Positions 45,680 through 60,404 of a DNA stretch of 64,000 nt are shown one piece after another. This stretch comes from the human T2T-CHM13v2.0 reference genome, Homo sapiens. A model generated the notes under the pieces. That model made no database searches. It saw only the letters and a program-made list of their open reading frames with translations, and had not been told where the DNA came from. Each line of letters begins with the position of its first letter. Position 1 is the stretch's first letter. The translations under genes and the position numbers were made by a program. Location: NCBI RefSeq assembly GCF_009914755.1, contig NC_060927.1; one strand, given 5' to 3'.

Positions 45680-46415
45680 AATGGGAGAGTTCTCTGACCC
45701 ACTCGTGGAACCTGCTTGGGCTGCCATGTGCTCAAACCCTTTATGGAGGGGAGATGCAGACAGGTAGGAGCCAGGGCAAGCACTTTTGGGCTCCAGTCCC
45801 ACAGTGGCGTCTAGGAGTGTGTTACAATTAATGTTCTTTTAGCAGTTGCCATTCGTGGACAGCTAAGTGTTTAACCAGTTCAGTGGAGAGTCAAGGTGAC
45901 AGCCTTTTACACCTTTCCCTCTTGGTACCGAGGTCCTTTGTCCAGCATCCAGGAAGGATCAGGTCACATGGATTTGAAGGATAGTGAATGTGGGGATTTT
46001 ATTGAGTGATGGAGGTGGCTATCAGTGGGATGGATGAGGAACTGGAAAGGAGATGGAGTGGGAAGATGATCTTTCCCCAGAATTGGGCTGTTCCACAGCT
46101 GATATCCTCTCCAACCCTAGCCAAACTCCTCTGGACGTTCAAATGCTCCTTCTCCTTCTCTGCTGTGCTGCTCTGTCACTCTGCTGCTCTGCCTCTCTGC
46201 CGCTCTTCCGTTCATGGAGCTTAGGGTTTCGGATTTTTATGGCTACAAGACTGGGAGTGGTGGGCCAGAGTGGTGTTGGAAAAGGCAAAATTTGGGAGTG
46301 AAAACAGGAATGCCTCTTTCCATTTAGGCCTGTGGGTTTCCAGGTTTGAAGGTGGGGCCTTTGCTGGGGAACCACCCTCATCTACTCAGTATTTCCTTGC
46401 CTCCTGTCCGTATCA
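45677..46415 (-). mobile_element. ERV1 solo LTR (LTR1/LTR27/LTR28 group)
   Basis: Minus-strand start TGATACGGACAGGAGGCAAGGAAATACTGAGTAG, end ...AACTCTCCCATTTCA; 4-bp TSD CAAC/CAAT. Confidence 0.85.
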
Positions 46416-48373
46416 CAATGACAAGCTGTAATTTGGGAGAATGGACAGAAATCCAAAAGATTGAACTGGAGCCTGTATGCCTCTGTCTCACCTCTTGCAA
46501 CTTTGATGATATGGGTAACAGGCAGATCGTGCCAGTGCCTTCATCAGTGGAGCTGTATACATACCTGGTCCAGGATTTGTAGAAGGTGATAGAGGAAATG
46601 TTGCAGAAGCTAGAATTGCAGGCACAACTGGTGCCTCAGGCAACAGGTTAAGCCAGTATCAGCGGCAGTGCTAATATGACCCTATATCAATGGTGGTATC
46701 AGTTGACCTATAACAGTCGGGGTGATATGTCACCTCCAAGGGGACAAAAATTGGTTTTGTGGGGGGTGGGGAAAAATTCCTATGAACATGATTCTTGGTC
46801 TTCAGTGGCGTAACTCTACTTGACAAAATCTTGTTACTTAGTATTTAATTTCAAAAGGAGGGAGAGGAAATTAGGGGAAAATATTTGAAAGACTTATATG
46901 GAAGGCAATGATTTAAAAAAATGTTGAGAAACAGTTCTTACACTAACCCTTAAATGTAAACATGGAGATTGCTTTCACTTCCACTTCCAAATCTCATTCA
47001 GATTTGTACAACAGCCAGTTGTAAATTGACATGACAACAAGTCTCCATATTTGTGCATTATAAAGTTCAATATTTCTCATGTGTCTATACCACATTGAAA
47101 ACATCTTATCTTTTGGGACATTAATGTTAAATTCATATCTATACTCTGAGCTAGTTGTCTGACACTGGGCAGATTATGTAATGTTCACAATCACAAAATG
47201 ACTATTATATTGTTTTCCCTGCTGCTGCTGTGAAGTTTAAATGAGTTGCCTCAAGGGAAAGCACATGATCTAAAGTGACAGCAAGGTGAGTAAATGTTTA
47301 CAGCTAATACATTACCATGTTCCATATAATATCAAACATAGACCTTCAATATCATTTATGTATTGGTAAGGATGCTGGACATTTGGACATTCATAAGTTT
47401 TTATCATTTAATACAATTTTTTACTTTACAGTTGTGAAAAGTTATATAAATAGGTGAGGTAATTCACTTAGCAGGTCAATGGCTAAATTCTAGCTATCTC
47501 CCATACTTCTAAAGTCTCAATCTAGTTTTTTCTTCAATTTCATAATCTGCCTCCTTTAAGATTATAAATCACTAATTTTTTAAATTAATGTTTTTCTTAT
47601 TTAGTATGTTGAGAAAATATTTTCATTAGATGTTGGACAAATGGACAAAACATGAGGGGTGGCAAGTCTGGTGCTGAGAAAAAAAATGTGAAGTAAGAAC
47701 GGGATTCCTCTGATCCAGGATCACAGCTTAGTAACCCATGAACTGTTCCAAATTACTTCCCCTCTTTAACTTCTGTTCACTTATGTAAAGTATGTTCAAA
47801 ATAGTGAGATGAGGAAGGTCGATATTTAAGTCAGTGACTGACACAAAGTAAGATCTAAACAAACTTAGCTATTACTCTTGTTTTTACTCCTATGAAGTTT
47901 AAACATCAGTGTGCTAATGGCAGCAAAACATACTTGCTTGATGAGAACCTCGGGAGCACAGTTTTACTTGAGTCAGTTTAAAGAAGAAGTAATCTTATGC
48001 AAAAAGTCATGTCCTCTGTGAATTTCCTGAACTCTAGAGATACAACAGCTAAATTCAGAGAGCCAGTAGTGCAAGACATTTGAAAGCCAGTGGAGCATGA
48101 GGCTGGACAAGATGCATTGTTATGTGAAAGGCTGGCTGCGGCAGATATCAGTTGAGAAATTATTATTCAGGCTGAATGATCCATATGATATTGCATTGCA
48201 TTATCCTGAGAAGGTCTTGCCAAAATAGATTTTGTTACAGGACTCAGAAAAATTAATACTACACACTAGAAGATGTGGAATATTTATAAGGATAGAATTT
48301 AGAATTCTTTCACAGTGATCAGGTGTTCTATAACTCACCGAAAGTGACTTACTGGATGAAAGACACTTGTCTG

Positions 48374-48775
48374 TGGATTAGCCCACTCTTGCACTGCTGT
48401 AAACAAATATCTGAGACTAGGTAATTTGTAACGAAAAGGGGTTTAATTGGCTCATGGATCCACAGGCTATACATGAAGCATGATGGTGGCATCTGCTTGG
48501 CTTTTGAGGAAGCCTTAGGAAACCTATAATCATGGTGGAAGGTGAAGAGAGAGCCAGCACTTCATATGGCTAGAGCAGGAGGAAAGAGGGTCAGGAGGTG
48601 CCACACACTTTTAAATGACCTAATCTCATGAGAACTCACTCATTATCAGGAGAACAGCACCAATGGGGAAATCCATCCCCATAAGCCAATCACCTCCCAC
48701 CAGGCCCCATCTCCAACACTGGGGATTACAGTCTACATGAGATTTGGATTGGGGACACAGATCCAAATCATATCA
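48374..48775 (-). mobile_element. MST-type MaLR solo LTR
   Basis: ...CTGAGACTAGGTAATTT...GGGGACACAGATCCAAATCATATCA; TSD GTCTG/GTTTG. Confidence 0.9.
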
Positions 48776-49080
48776 GTTTGTTAGTTTTGTTTTAGATTTC
48801 TCATGGCAATCGTACTATATTACTCCTTAATGATGCTAATAGCTTCTTTTGCTTGCATTAGCACTTTTATTGGAGAAAGAGAAATAAAAGAGATTCTGTG
48901 CTTCAGCAGTATCTAAATCAAAACTTGTCTTAATTTTTTTAAATGCCAAGGTTTCCAATTCCATTTCATAACTTCTGGTACCCCAGACATATAAGACTGC
49001 ATTTAGGAATCTTAATACTTTCTAGAGCTACAATTATTATAAGAGGAGTTATGTATTTATATTAATATTCATAATAGTTG

Positions 49081-49434
49081 TTTATTAGTCTGTTCTCATG
49101 CTGCTAATAAAGACATAACGGAGACAGTGATTTATAGGGGAATTGGGTTTAACTGACTTACAGTTCCACATGGATGGGGAGGCCTCATAATCATGGCAAA
49201 AGGTGAATGAGGAGCAAAATCACGTCTTACACGGCTACAGGCAAGAGAGCTTGTGCAGGGGAACTCCCACTTATAAAACCATCAGATCTTATGAGACTTA
49301 ATCACTACCATGAGAACAGCATGGAGGAAACCATCCCTATGATTCAATTATCTCCACCTGGCTCCCTCTTTGACACATGGGGATTATTACAATTCAAGGT
49401 GATATTTGGGTGGGGACACAGCCACACCATATCA
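49081..49434 (-). mobile_element. THE1 MaLR solo LTR
   Basis: TTAGTCTGTTCTCATGCTGCTAATAAAGACATA...GGGGACACAGCCACACCATATCA; 5-bp TSD AGTTG. Confidence 0.93.
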
Positions 49435-49769
49435 AGTTGAATATAAAAAAGTGTGGGGAGGTAAATTCAATTTCTCCAGTGTCATATAGAAAGAGGGCAG
49501 CGTTTAAACCTAGGAATGTTTGGCTCCAGACCCCACATATCTGCAACCTTAACACCCTATTCATTCTTAAAATTCTTTCAAACTTACATAGACTATTCTG
49601 ATTGACTTCCCCTTTTCTTTTCTAAGTAAGTCTTGGTTCAAAGCTTTCTAGCATTGCTTTTCGTGCTTAACTTCTCCTTTCCTATGGGCAGTGTTCAAAA
49701 TTATCCTTAATTACTATTGAGTATATGAATATCATGTCTAGAAAATACTAGTGGCTCCTAGAGTGTCAG

Positions 49770-51680
49770 TCCACCACAGATGGTCTTGGTTTATGCCTGT
49801 TGTCTAAGTGTACTGTGTTTTAGGATTTTTCCTGAATTGTTTTCTGAATTAGGACTTTTGCTGAATTGTTCATTTTTTAAACAATACATTATTATTATTA
49901 TTACATTGTTGCATTAAAATAAACTAAGATGGGCTTGTGAGACATTCACCATGTACTTCCAGCCTTTGCCATATTTTTATTTAGATAGGCTGAGTGGTCA
50001 TGTTATAGTCGTGTAGAGAATAATCTGATTGCTGTCACCAAAATCTATGAAGGTATGAATCTATACCTATTAATATTAATTTTAGTTATACTTTTCATTT
50101 TGTAATAATCTCATTTGCCATAAGAAAGTAATAAGAAAAAAGTGAATTTTTACAATGCAAGAAAAAGAAGCTCTGATGATGAAAAATTAACTTGCGCAAA
50201 ATGCATCTCAACATTTGCAATCCAATATGAGGAGTATGGTGTCCACATGACAACGCGAAGATGAATCTGTTAAAGTGTAAGATTCTCCTTCAAAAAATAG
50301 TTATTTCAGAAGAATGCGCCTGGAGATGACGATTTAAAACATGCAGCTGTGTAGGCTGTGTTTACTCATCATTTCTGAAGCATGGTATTTCATTTAGTTG
50401 AAAGACTGTTCTTCTAAATTAATTTTGTTACTTGTTGATGCTAAATTTTCTTGGTTCAGATAAAAAGTGAGGCTTTAACTGTTACTGGGTTGACTTCATT
50501 AGCAGAAAAAAATCTTTGAAAAGAGTTAAATAATGGAGGCTTTATGTCAATGTTACCTGATGTTTCAAAAATATTATCAGTTAATTCCTCTCAGAGGCCA
50601 TGACTGTCATGGGGAACGTTGCTCTTTCCCCTCGAGAGAACCTGCCATAAGGGTCAGAGTTGAATCTATACTTCTTCAGATCCACTGTGAGATGAATGCT
50701 GCAGCCGTGTTTCCCCCCAACCTCTTCCAGCCAATGTCTTAGCATGGCAGTGGTACTACAGCCAGACAATTTGTGCTCAATACCAGACAACTCTATTGGT
50801 TAATATTTGCTGGAGGATTCCCCAATGGCCTGGATGAAAGTATCTCAGAACTGCATTATACACTTCAGCTCTTTCTTCCCATTCCTTCTTCTGTAACACC
50901 TGACTTTCACAGGTGTGGTCTGAAAGCTCACCCTGCCTTCCGTTAATATTTGCCTTTTGTCCTTCATTGGTGTTTCCCAATAATTCTCTTGCACATCTAT
51001 ACTATTTTGGCTTCTGCTTCTCAGAGGACCTGAGCTGACACAGACAAGATACCTACCAATCGAAATAGAAATTGCAGCTGTGAAATAATTATTTTTATAC
51101 ATTCACAGAATAACTGAGTTACGACATGTTTGTGGAAAGCTGATTTTTTTTTTTTTTAAACCTCTCCTCATGTAGCAATCTGTGCTTTCTCTGCTAGGTA
51201 TTCATTATAATTTTAGAATTATTTGTGACCTTGAAATTCTATAATTTTGCTTTAGAATATCTCAACTTGTTGGAAAAATATTTTGATAGAGTTTCTGTTT
51301 TATTAGGATAAACCTATATCCAGTACAAAAATGAGATTAAGTTGAGAAGGCCTATAATTTTTCAGTTTCTGAATTCAGTAAAATAGCCAAAGAATTATAA
51401 ATAATGATAACCTATTTGACAAATTTTGCCTTGCAAAAATATTTGTCAAAAAATATTACTTTTAATGAAACAAAAAAGATGATTTATAGGAGAACACTTG
51501 GGCTGAAATATTTATACATTTCCACATAAAAATTAGAATAAAGAACATCCTGCATTTAACAGAATTTGCTGTAAGCTTTCTAGATACTTTGATGATCATA
51601 ACCAATTTAATTAAAAATATTGAACTTGAGATAATACTGAAAATATATATATTTTAAAACTATATAGTAGCAGAGTATAG
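49770..51680 (+). mobile_element. hAT (Blackjack-type) DNA transposon fossil with decayed transposase
   Basis: MER94/Blackjack-like end GGTTTATGCCTGTTGTC; broken translation shows CxxC zinc-finger region, AA...KHGISF..DCSSKL...KSEA motif region, LPIEIE..VK, and C-terminal ENTWAEIF...EFAVSF. Confidence 0.7.
50605..51042 (+). mobile_element. LTR16-like ERVL solo LTR inserted in the hAT fossil
   Basis: 3' end AATAATTCTCTTGCACATCTATACTATTTTGGCTTCTGCTTCTCAGAGGACCTGAGCTGACACA. Confidence 0.7.
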
Positions 51681-51979
51681 GAATATGGTGAATGTAGGTG
51701 ATTTTGTAGTATCTTCCTGACTGGTTGTTTCTTGCCTATAATGGATTAAACTGGAAATCATGGAATGAAGGTGACTCCCCTTTATTTTCTCCCATCTGGG
51801 ATATCTTGCCAGGTCAATTTTCAATACGTATTTTAAATCTGTATATACTACAAACGTCCTAATCTAAACTGCCATCAAGTTTCACATGGATTCTTGCAGC
51901 CAATTCCTAACTGGTTTTCTAGTTTCCAGCACATTCACCATTTAGCCTAGTTCAACCCACTTCAAAGACTGAAAATTGA

Positions 51980-52313
<334 letters not shown>

Positions 52314-52404
52314 TTTTTTAGTCTTCTGCTCCAAATAATCCAATGGCTTCCCATGTCAGTATAAATTCCATAGTGCTTGCAGTGGCCTATAAAGACCTTA
52401 CATT

Positions 52405-52863
52405 TGAAACTGACCCAATGTAGTCCCATAGACAGTTTTTTTGGACATAGAAATTGGCCTTTCTGTTCAATTTCTTAAAGCTTGAAACTTACCTTTGCTT
52501 CACCTGACATCCTTCCTCAGCACCCTTGGGCCTCTCAACTGAGCCTCTCAAAGAAAGTATCAAAGAACTAAAACTCACCAGATCATCACATTCGGACAAT
52601 GATGTCAGACCCCTCATTCATCATGATTGGTTCCTCACCCCTCCCTAGTTCCTGTTTTCCTACACATTATTACATTTCTTTCCTGCTGTATAAATCTCTC
52701 ATTTTAGTCAGTCAGGGAGGTGGATTTGACACTGATCTCCCATCTCCTCAGCTGCAGCACCCAATTAGAGACTTCTTCTTTGACAATAATAGTTGTCTCA
52801 GTGATTGGCTTTCTGTGCAGTGACCAGCAGGTCCTAGACCAAACTCCTGGTGTTTTGGTAACA
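52405..52863 (+). mobile_element. ERV1 solo LTR (LTR26-like)
   Basis: TGAAACTGACCCAAT...GGTGTTTTGGTAACA; 4-bp TSD CATT/CGTT; ATTAGAG/TATAAA-like LTR signals. Confidence 0.75.
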
Positions 52864-53404
52864 CGTTATCTCCCCACTCCAAATTCCTGACATCACTTTT
52901 TACTATTCCCTGGCCTCCATGCTCAATGTGCTACAGTTGCATGGCCTTCTTAATATTCCTCAAATTTGTCAAGTAAACTCTCCTTCTAGGCCTCAAACCT
53001 AGTCCTTCTGTTTAAAATACTCTTCTCCCACATAGCTACGTAGCTTCATATTTACTAAGTTAGGGTTTTTAATCAGAGTTCACCACTAGCCACCCAATCT
53101 AGAAATCTTTTACTTTGTGTCCCTTTAGCCTGCTTTTTTTTTTCCATAAATTTTATCATTGCCTAATGTAAGTATATACATTTTATGTGTTAATTTTCTA
53201 GGCTCCTCTTTGTAAAATGTAAGTTTTAAGAAGGCAGAAATGTTTTGTTCACTGCTGTGTCACCAGAATTTTGATTAGTGTCTGTCCAGAGTAGGAATTT
53301 GATCAGTATTAATTGAACTGAGTGACTGAATCATAGTTCTAATCGTGTACTCCAAGGACTTCCTTCAGTTTTCCTCTATAGTAATTGTCCTTTATGCCTG
53401 CATC

Positions 53405-55066
53405 AGAATCTTATGAATTTAAATAGGTATTGAGAGAAAATTTTCATGTTTCTTGCTTTCCTGCACATCTTCTGAGCAGAGTCACTGATTACCTTTGTTC
53501 TAGATTAGGTTTTCAAGAATATTTATAAACAGCCTTGGAGGATAGAAGTCATGTCTCTGTCAGAGACAGAAAAGATTTCTTTCCCAACAGAATAATAAAG
53601 ATATATTGTCTTTGGGGAAAATATAGGCAAACCCTCTGTCCATTATAAACAATTGGGGCTCCTTAAACTCGGGGTTTCTCACCTTTAACACAAACCAATG
53701 AAGGTGCAGTATCACCTGGCCGTTTTTGTGTTGCTCTGTGGATATTGTGGTTTGGAGAACTGGTGCAAATATTGGTGCTCTGATTATGGTTATTGATGTG
53801 AGTAATAAAGTCCTTTGTATATGAAGGAGTCTTCTGGCTTACATGAAACATTTGCATGCTAATTTGTTAGCTTGCAAATATGGTTGTGTACAGTGTAACA
53901 GTGTTTCGGCCAACAACAGACCACATATACAAAGGTGGTCCGTAAGATTGTAATGGAGCTGAAAAATTCTTGTAGCCTAGTCACTCTGTAGCACAATGCA
54001 TTACTCATGTGTTTGTGATGATATTGATGTAAACAAACCTACTGCACTGCCAGTCATGTTAATGTATGGCACATACAACTATGCACAGTACATAACAATA
54101 ATGATAATAAACAACTATGTTACTGGTTTATGTATTTACAATATTATACATTTTATCATTATTTTAGAATGTACTCTTTCTACTTATAAAAAAAAAACAA
54201 ACTGTGTAACCTCTTCTGGAGGCTTTCCAGAAGAGCCATTGTTATCATAGGAGATGACAGCTCCATGCGTGTTGTTACCCCTGAAGATCTTCCAATGGGA
54301 CAAGAGGTGGAGGTAAGAGACAGTGGTATTGATGATCCTGACTTTGTGTAGGCCTAGGCTAATGTGTGTGTTTTGTCTTTGTTTTTAAAAAAATTTTTTT
54401 CATTTAAAAAATTAACAATAGAAAAAAGATTACAGATTAAAGGTATAAATAAATACAATATATTTGTACATCTGAACAATTTCTTAAAGCTAAGTGTTAT
54501 TACAAGAATCAAAAAGTTAAAAAATAGTTTATAAATTAAAGATGTTACCATATGCTAAGGTTAATGCTGTTATTGAAGGAATCATTTTTTACAATAAATG
54601 TAGTATAGTCTAAGTGTACAGTGTTTATAAAGTCTATAGCAGTGTGTAGTAATTTCCTAAGCCCTCATAGTCACTCACCACTCACTCACTGACCCACCCA
54701 GAGCAAATTCCAGCCCTGCAAGCTTCATTCGTGATAAGTGCCCTATACAACAGTATCATTTTTTATCTTTTACATCATATTTCTTACTGTACCTTTTTAT
54801 GTTTAGATACACAAATACTTTTCATTGTATTAGAATTGCCTACATCATCCAGTATAGTAAAATGCTGTACAGTTTGTAGCCTAGGAGCAATAGGCTATCC
54901 CAAGTAGCCTGGGCGCGTAGTAGGCTATACCATCTAGATTGTATAAGTACTCTATGATGTTTACGCAATGACAAAATCACTTAATGACTCATTTCTCAGA
55001 ATGTATCCCCCTCATTAAACTATAAATTAATTCAGATTAAAATCTCAGACCCTTCCACTTCTTGAA
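53405..55066 (+). mobile_element. ERVL-class LTR (MER54/MER74-like) split by Tigger3b
   Basis: GAGTAATAAAGTCCTTTG...GCTAATTTGTTAGCTTGCAAATATGG resumes after the Tigger as TAAAATCTCAGACCCTTCCACTTCTTGA. Confidence 0.6.
53891..55020 (+). mobile_element. Tigger3b (Golem)-like DNA transposon, near full length
   Basis: GTTTCGGCCAACAACAGACCACATATAC...AATGGAGCTGAAAAATTC...; end AAATCACTTAATGACTCATTTCTCAGAATGTATCCCC. Confidence 0.9.
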
Positions 55067-55624
55067 AATATGCTACGGTCATTATCAGCTGCAATTTTTT
55101 TTTACATTTTAGAACTAATAAGATTATATCCTTAATTATTTGCATCTATCTAGAACAAACACATTCTGAGTATTAATCATTGTGATCTAAGTACTTGGGC
55201 TAGGACCACTCAGGAAATACAAAATTGAGCAATACACAATCTATTCCTCACAGGTAAACATATATTATAAACAGATATATGTACACAAACAAATGATACA
55301 AATTGGTTATAAACAATAGGAAGATTAGGGCTGATGAAGGGACAAGAGGAATTCTTGAGGACAAAAAACCGAGGTGGGCCTGCAAGAATGAATTCAATGT
55401 TATCAGAGCAAGTAAGGGAAAGGGAGAGATATTCCAGTACACTGACAATGGAGTTAGTCTTGTTTTACTACAGCCTGGTGTGCATGCCAAAGATCCCTGA
55501 GAGTCTATAAAAGGGTAGAATCAAAGAATAATACACTTTAAAATTAGAAGTCAGAGTTACATTGTAAATGATTCTATAGGATATTTATAGAGTTAGGAAT
55601 GAATACTAGAAATTCATGAAATAG

Positions 55625-55628
55625 TGTA

Positions 55629-55676
<48 letters not shown>
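55625..55676. repeat. (TG)n/(TATG)n microsatellite
   Basis: Read directly from sequence. Confidence 0.95.
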
Positions 55677-55986
55677 ACTTTTCTCCAAAAATGTTTTTTT
55701 CTTTTGTTTTTAAATGGAGATGAAAAAATCATCTCTGTTTTATTGAGGCCTTTTGGGAGAAGAGAAAAAAACTAAAGGCAGCTGTGTTTTGCAATAATTT
55801 ACGTAAAATGTGATAAGAACTCACATTCAAGAGATATCTTAGTTGTAGAGTGAGGCACCTGTGCTTAATAATTCGGTCTCAAAACATGAAGAAAATGAAA
55901 ATTTGAAGATAATTAGAAGCTTTCAACTTGAGAACATGAAAAGTTTCTCAGGACCTCACCATGGAAGTTTATAATAAGAGCAGCAT

Positions 55987-56280
<294 letters not shown>

Positions 56281-56491
56281 AAGAGCAGCATGTTTTTAAA
56301 GAGAAGATAATGAGCTTACTGATGGACATACGGAATTACAGGTGTTGCCAAGGATCAAGGGAGCAATACTGAGCAGACCTTTACGAATGGGATTCTGGAG
56401 CTCAGATTAAAGTTGGGAGTTACACATATAAAGTATAAAATTGAGTTATTGTTGACTATTAATTTCATTTTTATTCTTAATTATTTTTGTA

Positions 56492-58128
<1,637 letters not shown>

Positions 58129-59879
58129 GTTTTAAATGTCTGGGGTTAAATGTTTTGAACTGTCATTTAAAAATCTTTGTGCTTTTATATTATAGTCAAA
58201 CATTGTAGCCTGTGTATGTGTTTGCCATTTCTAAATTTCCAGTATGATAAACTACCAACAATTTAATTTCCTGCAAACTAATATATTTGGATAATTTTTC
58301 AAAGTTTTCTTTGCAAGTGTACATAATCAGTAGAGTATTTGTTCTATGATATTTGCAAATAGTGTTTATGTCTCCTCGTCATAATATTTATATACTTATT
58401 TATTCAAATATGTATATAGATTCAAATCTACTATATAAGACTTCTGTGTAAACATCATATATTAAACACAAACATTTACTTGATTCTAACTGTCCAACAA
58501 AGAGATTTATTTTACATTATTGATCCAGAAGAAAGGATATGTAGACTACAAGAAAAAGTGGTGGCTAATGAGAACTTTCAACCGGACAGCAGTAAATAGG
58601 AGTGAAAGATTGGAAAAGCCAAGACACAAAACCATTTGTGTTGCAGAGTTGAGGAAAGGCTCTAAAATCAAAAGCATGAGATTCCTCTTGTGGCTGGTGA
58701 ATGATTGAAGTGAGGAAAGAGAAGCACTGCTGGAATTGAAGAATTGGTTAAAGCAATACATGAGAAGTTGGTTGGGCTTTGGATAACCATCACCACACAA
58801 CGCAGCCAGGAAATTATTCTCTCCTCAGTCTAAGAGGATCCATGGCGTTTACTCTCTGAAGACGTTGAATCAGACTGCCTGGGAATTAAGTGACAGGAGG
58901 CTGAGTTTGTGGGGATGTCTTATGCCTTACTGAAACTGATGGGATAAGTGGAAATCTGCTTGATGAAAGGTGAGATCACATATTTTCTCCTTTGGACTCT
59001 GAGATCACCAGCATTTCCGAGGCAATCAGTTTCACTCATGCAGGTGAAATGGCAATCATGTCTCTGGAGCCTCCTTATCATATGGGAAGGGCCATTCAGA
59101 GATCACCAGAAACTTTGAGGAAAATATCTAAAAATAAGATAATAAGACATATACTGATTTTTATAGATTCATTATTTTTTTCCTACTTAATTTGTCAGGT
59201 TCTGGGAATGATGTCTCAAAACTTCTAAGAGAAAATTGATGGACTGTTAAAATATTTTTCTTTATGCTGTGAATTCAATTAATTCTTAATTTTTTTCTGG
59301 TTATCTGTTTTATACTATGTTTGATTATCTGATTAAGATTGACAATATTGTGAAGAAAAACAAGTAGTGTTCTGCCTTAAATTAATTTAACGCATTTGGA
59401 TAAAATACAGAGATGATCATACTTTGCTATTTTACTCTTCGATTACAGATATAATAAACAAAATTAAATGAATATAATATACAAAACAAACACAAAGCAA
59501 AAGAAGGTAGCTGCTATTTATGTGCTGACTGACTTACTTGGTTTCCCAAGAAATGGAGGACTAATTTAGAATAAAATTACAGATGTGAGAGTAAAGCAGA
59601 ATTTTAGTGTTAATGGTACAAGATAGTTATTTTAAAATTTTGCTAATTTTAGACACATTTATTTTACTACATTTATTTTTCATTACAAAAACTTTTAGCC
59701 CAAATTTGTTTTCAAAATTTGATCTCATTTATAAAGATGAGTACAGTCCATTTAAGAATATTTAAATAGCCTACTGTACAGCTTTGTAATAGGAAAATAT
59801 ATCATCTATGTTTTACACCAAAGCTTATTCTATTTTAAAATAAGTCTGTTTTTATAAAGGTGACATGATATGTATATAT

Positions 59880-60400
59880 TTTTAAATTAATATACTTTAT
59901 TTTTTGAAGTCATTTTAGATTACAGAAGAACTGAGTTGAAAGCACACAGAATTCTCACATACCTCTGCACCATCTTCTGCTCCTGCCTCCAGTTTCTTCT
60001 ATTATTAACATCTTGAATGAGAGTTGCACATTTGTGTAATTGGTGAAACAATGTTGATACATTAGTATTAACTAACATCCATAGTTTATGCTGTTTCAGT
60101 CTTTGCGTTATAATTTCTATAGATTTTTGACAAACCTATGATGACATGTGTCCTCCATCATAGTGTCATATACAGTAGTTTCACTGCCCTAAAAATACCC
60201 TGTGTTCCACCTGTTTATTCCTTCTTCCCTTTCAAACCCTTGTTAACTATTGATTTTTTTTGGATCTTTCTGATTTTCTCTTTTATGGAACATCATTTAC
60301 TTGGAATCATACATTATGTAGTCTCTTCAGATTGGCCTATTTCACATAGTAATATGCATTTAAAGTTCCTATATATTATTTAGTGGCTTGATAGTTCCTT
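59880..60400 (-). mobile_element. L1MC/L1MD-type 3' end relic
   Basis: TACTTTATTTTTTGAAGTCATTTTAGATTACAGAAG...ATTATTAACATCTTG...TTCACTGCCCTAAAAATACCCTGTG. Confidence 0.7.
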
Positions 60401-60404
60401 TCTC

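Noticed and set aside
51415-51450. TTTGACAAAT...ATTTGTCAAA inverted repeat
   Set aside because: AT-rich and inside the decayed transposase coding sequence; likely incidental
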